IMG/VR virus record: IMGVR_UViG_3300046506_000102
Strand: one strand, 5' to 3'
Origin: an uncultured virus (IMG/VR IMGVR_UViG_3300046506_000102)
Taxonomy: Duplodnaviria; Heunggongvirae; Uroviricota; Caudoviricetes
Length of the DNA: 64,000 bases
Part shown: positions 9,805 to 18,611 of the stretch, piece after piece
How the letters are laid out: each line of letters starts with the position of its first letter
Numbering within the stretch: the stretch's first letter is position 1
Program-made: the position numbers and the translations under genes
Notes under the pieces: generated by a model
Seen by the model: the letters and a program-made list of their open reading frames with translations, nothing else
What the model was told of the DNA's origin: nothing
The model's database searches: none

Positions 9805-10566
9805 ATGAAATTCAGTTTGACGATCACCGATGCGACCAAGGAAGAAATCCTTGCGATCATGACCGGCAATCCACCCGGTCTTGCCGGTTTGGCCGCATCA
9901 ACTGCGTTGGTTCACACGACCGGTCACACGACTGCCCCAACGTCCAATGTGCCCATGCCGCAGAACGGCAACGGCGCTGATGACGACGGCCCCGCGAACA
10001 CCAACGCGCCCGCCGTCGATAGCGCGGGTCTTCGTTGGGATGACCGCATTCATTCCAAAAACAAGGCCCTGAACGCGGACGGCACTTGGCGCAAGCGACG
10101 CAATGTCGATGCCGCGCTCGTTGCCAGCGTCGAAGCGGAATTGCGCGGTCAGCCCGTCTTGCAGCAGCAGACGATGCAGCAGATGCCCATGACGCAGCAG
10201 CCCGTGATGCAGTCGCAGCCGCAAATGCAGCAGATGCCCATGCCGAACGGCGTCCCGCCGATGCCGGATCAGCAGATGCAGCAGCCGCAGATGATGCAGC
10301 AGATGCCCATGACGCAGCAGCCGCAGATGATGCAGCAGCCCGTTCAGATGGATTTCAACGCGTTCATGACGCACTTGGCCGGGCAGATGACGAAACGCGA
10401 TCAGGCGGGCGCACCGCTGATCACCACCGATTATCTTGCCGGTGTTGCACAGAAGCTTTCGCAGGCGTTCGGGCGGCAGTTCAATTCCATCACCGATATT
10501 GCCGGTGATGCGAACGTGATTGCTCACGCTGTCAATCTGATCACCTTGGACGGGCGTTGGAGCTAA
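9805..10566 (+). CDS. Replication-module protein with Gln/Met/Pro-rich region
   Basis: Folded-looking segment DSAGLRWDDRIHS...DGTWRKRR followed by QQMPM repeats. Confidence 0.75.
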   Translation: MKFSLTITDATKEEILAIMTGNPPGLAGLAASTALVHTTGHTTAPTSNVPMPQNGNGADDDGPANTNAPAVDSAGLRWDDRIHSKNKALNADGTWRKRRNVDAALVASVEAELRGQPVLQQQTMQQMPMTQQPVMQSQPQMQQMPMPNGVPPMPDQQMQQPQMMQQMPMTQQPQMMQQPVQMDFNAFMTHLAGQMTKRDQAGAPLITTDYLAGVAQKLSQAFGRQFNSITDIAGDANVIAHAVNLITLDGRWS

Positions 10567-10571
10567 CGCGA

Positions 10572-11657
10572 ATGCTCACCATCAACGCAGGCGACTTGCC
10601 GCGTTTCATGGCTTGCAATGGTTCGGTTCGGATGCCGGTCGCAACACCGGCATCCGCGAGCGATACAGCCCAACGCGATGAAGGCACCGCAGCGCATTAC
10701 ATGGCCGCTGCCGTTTTCAACGGTCAAAAATCGTTGGAAGAACTAATCGACCGCAAAGCGCCGAACGGTGTTTTCATGACTGCCGAAATGGCCCAACACG
10801 TTCAGGGCTATCTTGAACAGTGTTGCTGTCTCGATACCACGTTCAAGGCGATGGAATGCGACACATCGCACGATCGTTCGCCGCATTGGGTTGTGAATGG
10901 TCGCGCCGACTTCGCAGCGCAACTGTTCAACACAACTTTGCGTGTGATGGATTTCAAATACGGTTGGCGCATCGTTGAACCGGAAAACAATTGGACGCTG
11001 ATTTCTCACGCGATCGGGATTGTTAAACAGCGCGGCTTTCAGTTCTCGAATGTCGAATTGCAGATTTTTCAGCCGCGCCCATACCATCCGGACGGCCCAT
11101 TGCGGACGTGGAAGATTGACGCCAACACGCTTTCTAATCTCGACAAGCAACTAGATGCGACGCTAACGAACCCGGCCGATGCGCTCAACACGAACGGCAG
11201 TTGTGGGACGTGTCAGGCCAATGCAGTTTGCCCGGCAGCGCGTCGCGCTGAAATGAACGCAATCGACGCGTGCGATACCGTATTTAGCGACACGATATCG
11301 AACGAATATCTTTCGTTCTCACTCGACAATCTCAACCGTGCGCAAGACATGATCAAGCAACGTCTTGCCGCATTAGGTGAACTTGCAAAGCACCGCATCG
11401 CGGCCGGGCAAGTTGTCGAAAACTATTCGGTGAAGATGGGTCTAGGCAATTCCAAATTCAAGGAAGGGCTAGACGGGCCGATGCTCAAGATCATTACCGG
11501 AATTAATATGACGGATGAAAAGCTTTGCACGCCAGCCGAAGGAATACGGCGCGGCGTCCCGAAAGACATCATGGAAACGTTGTCCACACGACCAACGACA
11601 GGCGTTCAGCTTGAACGCGTGAAAGCAAGCAAAAAAGCCGCACGGCTTTTGGGTTAA
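10572..11657 (+). CDS. Cas4-like PD-(D/E)xK exonuclease (DUF2800-like)
   Basis: C...EGTAAH, GRAD, DFKYG, IFQPR and CxxC...C motifs; lies next to the SSB gene. Confidence 0.85.
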   Translation: MLTINAGDLPRFMACNGSVRMPVATPASASDTAQRDEGTAAHYMAAAVFNGQKSLEELIDRKAPNGVFMTAEMAQHVQGYLEQCCCLDTTFKAMECDTSHDRSPHWVVNGRADFAAQLFNTTLRVMDFKYGWRIVEPENNWTLISHAIGIVKQRGFQFSNVELQIFQPRPYHPDGPLRTWKIDANTLSNLDKQLDATLTNPADALNTNGSCGTCQANAVCPAARRAEMNAIDACDTVFSDTISNEYLSFSLDNLNRAQDMIKQRLAALGELAKHRIAAGQVVENYSVKMGLGNSKFKEGLDGPMLKIITGINMTDEKLCTPAEGIRRGVPKDIMETLSTRPTTGVQLERVKASKKAARLLG

Positions 11658-11691
11658 TCAACCACCACCACCGAAAGAAGGAATAACAGGA

Positions 11692-12726
11692 ATGCCGACC
11701 GAAGTTAAAACCGGCGTTGGCCGGATTGTGTGGGGTTCTCCCGCAAAGGCGCAAGTCAAGAAACAGCAGGAAGGCCCGCAGAAAGGTCAGCCCGTTTTGA
11801 AAGACGGTCAGCCCGTCAATCAATGGGCGTTCGGCGTCGCCTTTCCGAAGGCCGAATTTCAGGCGACGATTTGGCCCGCAATGTCGCAGGAAGCGGCGAG
11901 CGGCTACCCGAACGGAACGCCGCCGCGCTTTGCGTGGAAATATCAGGACGGCGACGGCATCGATAGCAACGGGCAACCGTTCAACAAGCGCGAAGGCTAT
12001 GCCGGTTGCTACGTTCTGACGATTTCGAGCGAAGCGTTTGCACCGCCCGTCTACAAATTCGAGAACGGCGCTTATCGCCAGTTGGAACCGCACGAAATCA
12101 AGACCGGTGATTATGTCGCCGTTGCCTTGAAATTCGTCGTGAACGTCCCGGCGCAAGGCTCAACGCACACGCCTTCACTGTACGTGAACCCGGTTGCGAT
12201 CGAATTCGTTGGGTACGGCAAGGAAATCCAGAACGGCCCCGATCCTATGTCGCTGTTCGGTGGTCAACAGCGCCAGTTGCCGCCCGGCGCGAGCGCAACG
12301 CCGATCGCATCGAACAACGGCGTTTCGATGCCCGGCACCGGCCCGACCATGCAGCCCGGTCAGATGCCGGGAATGATGCAGCAACAGCCGATGATGCAGC
12401 AACCGGGCCAGATGCCCGCACAGCAGCCGCAGCCGGGCTATCAGCAGCCACAGCCCGGTTACACCCCGCCGCATGATCCGCGCTTCACGGGCGGGCCGCA
12501 GCCCGGTCAGATGCCGATGCAGCCGCAACCGGGAATGATGCAGCAGCCCGCACCGCAGATGATGCAACAGCCCGTCCAGCCTGCGCATGACTTCGTTCAT
12601 AACGCTGGTCAGCAGCCGCAGCAGATGTATCAGCCGCAACCGGGTCAGATGCAGCCCGCACCGCAGATGATGCAACAGCCGCAGCCCGGAATGATGCAGC
12701 CGGGGATGATGCCCCCAAACCGGTAA
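11692..12726 (+). CDS. Single-stranded DNA-binding protein (T7 gp2.5/DUF2815-like) with long Q/P/M/G tail
   Basis: GRIVWG, WKYQDGD, EGYAG, IKTGDYV, SLYVNP..IEFVGYG motifs; between exonuclease and polymerase. Confidence 0.8.
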   Translation: MPTEVKTGVGRIVWGSPAKAQVKKQQEGPQKGQPVLKDGQPVNQWAFGVAFPKAEFQATIWPAMSQEAASGYPNGTPPRFAWKYQDGDGIDSNGQPFNKREGYAGCYVLTISSEAFAPPVYKFENGAYRQLEPHEIKTGDYVAVALKFVVNVPAQGSTHTPSLYVNPVAIEFVGYGKEIQNGPDPMSLFGGQQRQLPPGASATPIASNNGVSMPGTGPTMQPGQMPGMMQQQPMMQQPGQMPAQQPQPGYQQPQPGYTPPHDPRFTGGPQPGQMPMQPQPGMMQQPAPQMMQQPVQPAHDFVHNAGQQPQQMYQPQPGQMQPAPQMMQQPQPGMMQPGMMPPNR

Positions 12727-12829
12727 CGGTGCAGCGGGTTTGTAAAAAGTGCGGAGCGGCAGGCAACGAGCCCTGCCGCTTCCCGACTGCACCATTTAAA
12801 GATTGCATCCCATTCTAGGAACACCAGCG

Positions 12830-13063
12830 ATGACCGATCATGCAAAATGTTTGAAACACCTTGACGAAGTTACCGCCGTCGCGTCCGATCCGGGCAACGC
12901 ACTTTCAAGCGACTATATGCGCGGGATGGCTAACGGCCTGATCCTCGCCCAATCGATTTTCAGCGGCGTTGATCCGCAATTTTTGGATGCGGAGGGCAGG
13001 CGCATCTTGCGATCATCGGATGAATGGTTCGAGAACGCGACCAAAGCGAAGTCTTATAAGTAA
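12830..13063 (+). CDS. Hypothetical protein
   Basis: SD AGGA; YMRGMANGLILA segment. Confidence 0.55.
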   Translation: MTDHAKCLKHLDEVTAVASDPGNALSSDYMRGMANGLILAQSIFSGVDPQFLDAEGRRILRSSDEWFENATKAKSYK

Positions 13064-13072
13064 CAAGCGCTC

Positions 13073-15139
13073 ATGAACCTTACGGACGCGATCGTTTACG
13101 ATACGGAATGTTTCCCCAACGTTTTCACGTTGCAAGCAGAAATGCTGCACAAAGACGTTAAGAGCGTTTGGGAAATCTCCGAATTCCGCGACGATCGCGC
13201 CCAACTTCTAGCGTGGTTTGAATATCTGCGTGCCAATCAAATCCCCATGATTGGCTTTTTCTCGCTGCAATATGATTACCCGCTCATTCATTCGCTGATG
13301 ATGAACCCGCGTGCGACCAACGCCGAACTTTTCGCGAAGTCGCAAGCAATCATCGCATCGCAAAATCAAAACCGCTTCGAACATCAGATTTGGCAGCGCG
13401 ATCGGTTCGCACCGCAAATCGATCTTTTCAAACTGAACCATTTCGACAACAAGGCGAAGACGACAAGCCTTAAAGCGCTGCAAATCAACATGCGAATGGA
13501 TGACGTTGTTGATATGCCGGTTGAGATCGGCAAGCGTCTAACGCACAACGAAGTTGGCGGCTTGCTCATTCCTTACGGAATGCATGATAGCGCGGGAACC
13601 AAGCAATTCGCGCATCACTGCATGGATGCGATCAACTTCCGCATTGGCTTGCTCGATACGCTGAAAGGCGATGTTCTCAACTTCAACGATACGAAAATTG
13701 GCGAGCAAATTTTAATCCAGCGTATCGGCGAAGATGTTTGCTTTGACCGCAGGGAAAACGGATACGGTAAGACACCGCGCCAAACCATCCGATCGCGTAT
13801 CGCGCTCAACGAAATCATTTTCCCATACATCCATTTCAACAATCCGGAATTCGCACGCGTCCTAGCGTGGATGAAACAACAGATTTTGAAACCGGAAGAC
13901 TTGGTTACAGAAGACGAAGTTTATATCGAGGATCAGCCCACCGGCATCATCCAGACAAAAGGCGTGTTGAAAGGCGTCAAGGCAAATGTTGGCGGCTTGG
14001 ATTTCCACTTTGGGACGGGTGGCATTCACGCAAGCGTCACGCCGCAACGGATCATCGCGACTGATGAATGGTGGATCGTTGATGTTGACGTTGAAGGCTA
14101 CTATCCGTCCGCAGCCGTAGCTAACGGTGTTGCGCCCGCGCATTTGGGTGATGCCTACGTGCGCGAGTATGGGAAGCTGAAACCCGAACGCAAAGAATGG
14201 CAGAAGCGCAAAGGCAAGAAATGCGTTGAAGCGAACAGCCTAAAGCTTGCCGGTAATGGCGTGTACGGAAAGAGCAACAGCCCATATAGCTGTTTCTATG
14301 ATCCGCAATACACCATGACGATCACCATCAATTGCCAACTAATGCTTTGCATGTTGGCGGAATGGTTGCTCGCCGTCCCCACCCTGCAAATCATCCAAGC
14401 CAACACGGACGGCATTACGTACCGCATCCATCGCGACTATGAACCGATGGCGATCGAAATCCGGAAGCGTTGGGAAGCGTTCACTTGCTTGACGCTTGAA
14501 GACGTTCGCTATCGTCGTATGTGGATCAGGGATGTAAACAACTACGTCGCCGAAGATTTGAAGGGCAAGCTAAAGCAGAAAGGCGCTTATTGGCATCCTG
14601 ATCCGCTGAACTACGCGCAAAGCATCAGCGAAAGCCAACCGCCAGCATGGCACAAAGACCTAGGCAATTGCATCAGCATCATGGCTGCTGTTGCCGCGAT
14701 GGTTCACGGCATCCCCCCGGAAGTTTTCATTCGCGCGCACACGAACAAGTTTGATTTCATGTTGCGCGCGAAAGTTGGCCGATCCGATCGGCTGATGTTG
14801 GGCAACAGCGAATTGCAACGAACGTCGCGCTACTACGTCGCCAATCAAGGCGCGGCGCTGCGCAAGATCAGCCCACCTTCTTTGCCCGGCAATGCACAGC
14901 ACGGAGCGTTTAAGAAAGCTAACGGCGTCAACGAAGCCGATTATTTGCGCGTGATGAACGCAAACGGCTGGCAACACGATCCGACCGTTTGCACAAAAAA
15001 CAAGAGCAAATATGAGGATCGTGTAACGGCGTTTGAAGCCGGTTGGCTTGTCGCCGAATGCAACAACGCGGACGCGTTCGATTTCGCCAACGTGAATTAT
15101 CGCTATTATGTCGAGGAAGCCCGGAAACTAATCATATGA
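13073..15139 (+). CDS. DNA polymerase (family B-like, with 3'-5' exonuclease)
   Basis: YDTEC (ExoI), DVDVEGYYPS (motif A), KLAGNGVYGKS (motif B), QANTDG (motif C). Confidence 0.92.
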   Translation: MNLTDAIVYDTECFPNVFTLQAEMLHKDVKSVWEISEFRDDRAQLLAWFEYLRANQIPMIGFFSLQYDYPLIHSLMMNPRATNAELFAKSQAIIASQNQNRFEHQIWQRDRFAPQIDLFKLNHFDNKAKTTSLKALQINMRMDDVVDMPVEIGKRLTHNEVGGLLIPYGMHDSAGTKQFAHHCMDAINFRIGLLDTLKGDVLNFNDTKIGEQILIQRIGEDVCFDRRENGYGKTPRQTIRSRIALNEIIFPYIHFNNPEFARVLAWMKQQILKPEDLVTEDEVYIEDQPTGIIQTKGVLKGVKANVGGLDFHFGTGGIHASVTPQRIIATDEWWIVDVDVEGYYPSAAVANGVAPAHLGDAYVREYGKLKPERKEWQKRKGKKCVEANSLKLAGNGVYGKSNSPYSCFYDPQYTMTITINCQLMLCMLAEWLLAVPTLQIIQANTDGITYRIHRDYEPMAIEIRKRWEAFTCLTLEDVRYRRMWIRDVNNYVAEDLKGKLKQKGAYWHPDPLNYAQSISESQPPAWHKDLGNCISIMAAVAAMVHGIPPEVFIRAHTNKFDFMLRAKVGRSDRLMLGNSELQRTSRYYVANQGAALRKISPPSLPGNAQHGAFKKANGVNEADYLRVMNANGWQHDPTVCTKNKSKYEDRVTAFEAGWLVAECNNADAFDFANVNYRYYVEEARKLII

Positions 15140-15672
15140 GTGTTAAGCAGTGCTTTCGATGCAAAGAAACAAAACCGCTTGAACAGTTTTCGATAAACAA
15201 GGGAAAACCGAAAACATATTGCAAGCCGTGTTCTAGCGCTAAAAGTCGTCAATATCTCGCCAAACGACGTGTAACAAAACCGGACCATTACGAAATCAAT
15301 CGGGAGCGACAACGGCGCGCAAGAGAAACAAATAAGAAAATGCGTGTCAGCATGATTTTTAACAACGTCAAGTTTCACGCGAAACGTAGAAGTCGTGATC
15401 TAGATTTTTCGCTAACAAGCGAATTGTTGTTTCTCTTGTTCGAATTGCAAGAATGGAAATGCAAGCAAACCGGAATTCCGTTTGATTTGACTACTGGAAA
15501 AGGAAAGCGACCATTTGGGCCCGCTGTTGATCGCATTAAGAATGAAAAGGGATACAGCATTTCGAACATTCAACTCGTTTGCAATATCTATAACTATGCA
15601 AAGAACGAGTTTACGGATGACGACGTTATGATGTTCGCAAATGCTTTAATCGAAAACAAGCTAGGAAGCTGA
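15136..15672 (+). CDS. Free-standing HNH-type homing endonuclease (same family as 8016-8540)
   Basis: CFRCKETKPLEQF...CKPC; PAVDRIKNEKGYSISNIQLVCNIYNYAK; visibly AT-richer than flanks. Confidence 0.8.
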   Translation: MSVKQCFRCKETKPLEQFSINKGKPKTYCKPCSSAKSRQYLAKRRVTKPDHYEINRERQRRARETNKKMRVSMIFNNVKFHAKRRSRDLDFSLTSELLFLLFELQEWKCKQTGIPFDLTTGKGKRPFGPAVDRIKNEKGYSISNIQLVCNIYNYAKNEFTDDDVMMFANALIENKLGS

Positions 15673-15676
15673 TCAT

Positions 15677-15877
15677 ATGAAAACGCCGCTACCGGTCACG
15701 CTTGACGACTTACAAGCAACCGCGAGAGACGACAAAGCGAGAATGTGCGAGTACAGGAAACTAACAGTTTTTTGGAACCCGATCGATAATTGCTTTTCCT
15801 ACATGCATGACGGTTGGCGTTGCACGAAGGATTTCGCGAAATCTATTCTTGCCGGATATCATGCGGTGCGCAAATGA
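15677..15877 (+). CDS. Hypothetical protein
   Basis: ATGA-type coupling at both ends. Confidence 0.55.
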   Translation: MKTPLPVTLDDLQATARDDKARMCEYRKLTVFWNPIDNCFSYMHDGWRCTKDFAKSILAGYHAVRK

Positions 15878-16458
15878 CCAAATCTAAGCTAATCGGTCTT
15901 TGCGGCTTCAAAGGCGCGGGCAAGTCAACCGTTACTGCGTCCGCGATCTTCAACCCTGCAACGTCGTTTATCTCGCTGCCGATCTGTCAAACGAACTTCG
16001 CTAAGCCGATCTTCGATATGCTTTCCGCGATCGTGCCCGGTGACATCATGTATAACAAGGCGCGATGGGATGAACCGTTGCGGGAATTGGACGGCAAGAC
16101 CGTCCGATTTGCTGCCGATACGCTAGGCGTCGAATGGGGGCGCAACCGGATGGGTCGCAACATCTGGATTAATCAAATGCGTATCGATATCGCAAAGAAC
16201 ATGGCAACCGGCGCGCACGTGATCGTTGACAACATCCGCTTTCTTGACGAATTCGACATGATGAAGGAATTGGGCGCGGAAACGATCGCATTCATTCGGC
16301 CGGGGTTACGATTTCGCGGCATCGCACTACCGGAAACGGAGCGATACATTCCCGACCTACAGGCACGTTGCGCGCATAGGATCGTGAACCGTGACGGCTA
16401 TTTCGCCGAAACCACGCTTGAAATGCGAGCGCTGTTGAAACGGATCATTGAAGCGTAA
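15874..16458 (+). CDS. Deoxynucleoside monophosphate kinase
   Basis: LIGLCGFKGAGKST, FAKP, LGVEWGR, DNIRFLDE motifs. Confidence 0.85.
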   Translation: MTKSKLIGLCGFKGAGKSTVTASAIFNPATSFISLPICQTNFAKPIFDMLSAIVPGDIMYNKARWDEPLRELDGKTVRFAADTLGVEWGRNRMGRNIWINQMRIDIAKNMATGAHVIVDNIRFLDEFDMMKELGAETIAFIRPGLRFRGIALPETERYIPDLQARCAHRIVNRDGYFAETTLEMRALLKRIIEA

Positions 16459-16472
16459 GAAAAAGGCCCGGA

Positions 16473-16766
16473 TCACTCCGGGCCTTCTGCTTTGGGATGC
16501 CGCGCGAAAGGCCAGCGAAGGCCGGGCAGCGGGCCGCGATCGTCGGGCGGCGGTTCGGTGCTCTTGGCGGGCGCGGCGTTTGCCGGGCATCCCTGATGCT
16601 GTAGCAGGGTGTTATAGGACAAGATTTGCCGCGTGGTGTCGTCGGTGTCCTTATGGGACGCCGACATATAGCCGAAAGTGCAAATCCCCGCGCTAGTCGC
16701 GCATCCACCCATTCCGCTCAAGAGCGCGAGTAACAGCATTGGGCGGCATAGCTTTGACAGTCGCAT
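16473..16766 (-). CDS. Putative outer-membrane spanin (Rz1-like lipoprotein)
   Basis: Lipoprotein-like signal MLLLALLSGMGG-C; Pro-rich; overlaps the 3' end of the i-spanin gene. Confidence 0.6.
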   Translation of the reverse strand: MRLSKLCRPMLLLALLSGMGGCATSAGICTFGYMSASHKDTDDTTRQILSYNTLLQHQGCPANAAPAKSTEPPPDDRGPLPGLRWPFARHPKAEGPE

Positions 16767-17022
16767 TGATCTTATCCCTTTGTTCGGTCGCGTGTTCGTT
16801 CAAGGATTTCTGCCGGGCTTGTTCACCGGCAACGCCGCGATTGCGCCCGTACTGAACCGCGACTAACACCGCGATTGTGGACGCGACCGACCACCGCGCC
16901 CAACTTGGCAGGATCAGCCAAATCGGCGCGATCCACTGCCAACAAAACCCGATCGCAATAATGATCAGGATTGCGGGCACGTACCAAGGCACATGGTTCC
17001 AAAGCCATTCAAACCACCACAT
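16693..17022 (-). CDS. Putative inner-membrane spanin (Rz-like)
   Basis: N-terminal TM helices plus coiled coil ending LERNGWMRD; follows the endolysin. Confidence 0.6.
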   Translation of the reverse strand: MWWFEWLWNHVPWYVPAILIIIAIGFCWQWIAPIWLILPSWARWSVASTIAVLVAVQYGRNRGVAGEQARQKSLNEHATEQRDKINATVKAMPPNAVTRALERNGWMRD

Positions 17023-17032
17023 CGAACAGCCC

Positions 17033-18100
17033 TCAGTTAATCTTTCCGCGCTGATAATCCGCGACGGTCGCCGACTTCGACTTGTTGACTTGATACGCAG
17101 TCACGACCGCGATTGCCGCGACAATGCCGAACCACGCGAAGCCGGGCACCGCACCGAACCAATCCGAAACCATGTCTTTGTAGGGCGCAACCGCGTCATG
17201 CGTATCGGGAAGCAATTTCAACGCACCGCCACCGACCGCAGCCGCGCCGCTGAACCATCCGGTAATCCGGCTGATCAATGACGCATTCTTGGCCGGGGGA
17301 AGCGACGCGAGCGAGCCCGCAAGATCGTCTTCGGTCTTGAACGCGCGAGCCGGTGCAATCGGCCGGTGCCAGCCTTCCGCGTCGGCTGCGACGATCGCGG
17401 GCGCGAGTGCGCTTGACGGATACGTGGCCGGGCTATCAATGCCGCGATCGGTGAAGAACGTTTTGATTGCGCCCAACGTCTTCCCGCCGATCCTGCCATC
17501 AGCCTCGCCAACTTCGTGGTAGCCGAAGCCGATCAAAGCCGCCTGATAGCTGCGCAGCGTTTCATCAACGCGGGCGGTTGGCGTTGCGACAACGGGCGCG
17601 GCAGTCATCGGCGGCGGATTGTTCGCGAACACACGGCGCTGTGCTTCGATCCAATCGGCATCCGCAGCGGGGTAAGTTTGCCCGGCTTCGTGACCAGCCT
17701 GCGCTTTGAGGAACGCAATTCCCATCGGCGAATTCCAAAACGCGTCATCCATGACGGTGTTTTCGGTCAGGCCGGGAACGCGCGCTTTGCAGTATGCGAT
17801 ATAAGACGCGGTGTTGTTACCACCGTCCCAAATCGCGATTGCATCCTTGAATTTCTTGTTTCTGTAGTGATCGGACGTGCGCCACATTTCGAGTTGCGCG
17901 CAAATGCCCTGCATGAACGACGGGAAATAGGCGATGTTATTGCCTTGGTTCAAACCGTCGTTGAGATATTCGGTTTGGACGCTGCCCCACTTCACCGCAA
18001 GCTTGTTCGTTGTCGGCGCGAACTTGTCGGATGACTTGCGTTTGCCGCTAATTCCCCACATTGCGCCGGGGTTTTTCGAGCGAATAGATGCGACGGTCAT
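17033..18100 (-). CDS. Putative endolysin (lysozyme-like domain, peptidoglycan-binding domain, C-terminal TM segments)
   Basis: IRSKNPGAMW...HEAG N-domain; YQAALIGFGY..DGRIGGKTLGAIKTF PG_binding_1-like; hydrophobic C-terminus. Confidence 0.7.
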   Translation of the reverse strand: MTVASIRSKNPGAMWGISGKRKSSDKFAPTTNKLAVKWGSVQTEYLNDGLNQGNNIAYFPSFMQGICAQLEMWRTSDHYRNKKFKDAIAIWDGGNNTASYIAYCKARVPGLTENTVMDDAFWNSPMGIAFLKAQAGHEAGQTYPAADADWIEAQRRVFANNPPPMTAAPVVATPTARVDETLRSYQAALIGFGYHEVGEADGRIGGKTLGAIKTFFTDRGIDSPATYPSSALAPAIVAADAEGWHRPIAPARAFKTEDDLAGSLASLPPAKNASLISRITGWFSGAAAVGGGALKLLPDTHDAVAPYKDMVSDWFGAVPGFAWFGIVAAIAVVTAYQVNKSKSATVADYQRGKIN

Positions 18101-18223
18101 TTGCTGAATTCCTTGCGGTGATTGTTGCGATGATCGCTTGACCACCGCTAGAATTACCGCAAGACTATACCACAACCGCCAACACTTTCCACCCGGCAAG
18201 TTCTTTCCAAGTGGAAAAATCGG

Positions 18224-18607
18224 CTACACAAGCGCGTTGGCTCGAATGAGCAGATTATCAACCTGTTCCGAGGTCAGGCTAAGGGCCGCGATCATGCCTT
18301 GCACAAGCGGATCAACCCGCTTGATTTCGGTCGCTAAATCCCATTCCTCTTGAGTGTTCGCATTAGCGGCAATAGCGGCCCGAACCGTCGCCCACTGCCC
18401 TAGTTCATCGAACGCCCGCTTTAGACCAAGCTTGGTGCAAAAGGTCGGCACGGGCGCAGGCGGCGCAACGTACGGGACAGGCGTGTTTCCGGCCGCAAGC
18501 CATTCTTCGTAAATCCGACGATCCGTGTTGTCAGGATCATTCGGAATGAAGGCGCTGTCAGCGATGCGAAGTACGATCGCCGTTTCGGTAAGCTGATATT
18601 CGGACAT
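18224..18607 (-). CDS. Tail fibre assembly protein
   Basis: FIPNDPDNTDRRIYEEWLAAGNTP motif; directly downstream of the fibre gene. Confidence 0.75.
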   Translation of the reverse strand: MSEYQLTETAIVLRIADSAFIPNDPDNTDRRIYEEWLAAGNTPVPYVAPPAPVPTFCTKLGLKRAFDELGQWATVRAAIAANANTQEEWDLATEIKRVDPLVQGMIAALSLTSEQVDNLLIRANALV

Positions 18608-18611
18608 GATG

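Noticed and set aside
10572..11657. Cas4-like gene as part of a CRISPR-Cas system
   Set aside because: It lies in the standard exonuclease-SSB-polymerase phage replication context
10160..12720. CAG-rich tandem DNA repeats as non-coding repeats or a DGR
   Set aside because: Explained by Gln/Met/Pro coding; no reverse transcriptase or TR/VR pair seen in the window
12728..12794. tRNA gene
   Set aside because: Acceptor-like ends but no D-arm, anticodon arm or TTCRA T-loop
8016..15672. Group I introns around the two HNH genes
   Set aside because: Helicase and polymerase frames are complete and the HNH ORFs abut them with ATGA overlaps, leaving no room for ribozyme cores
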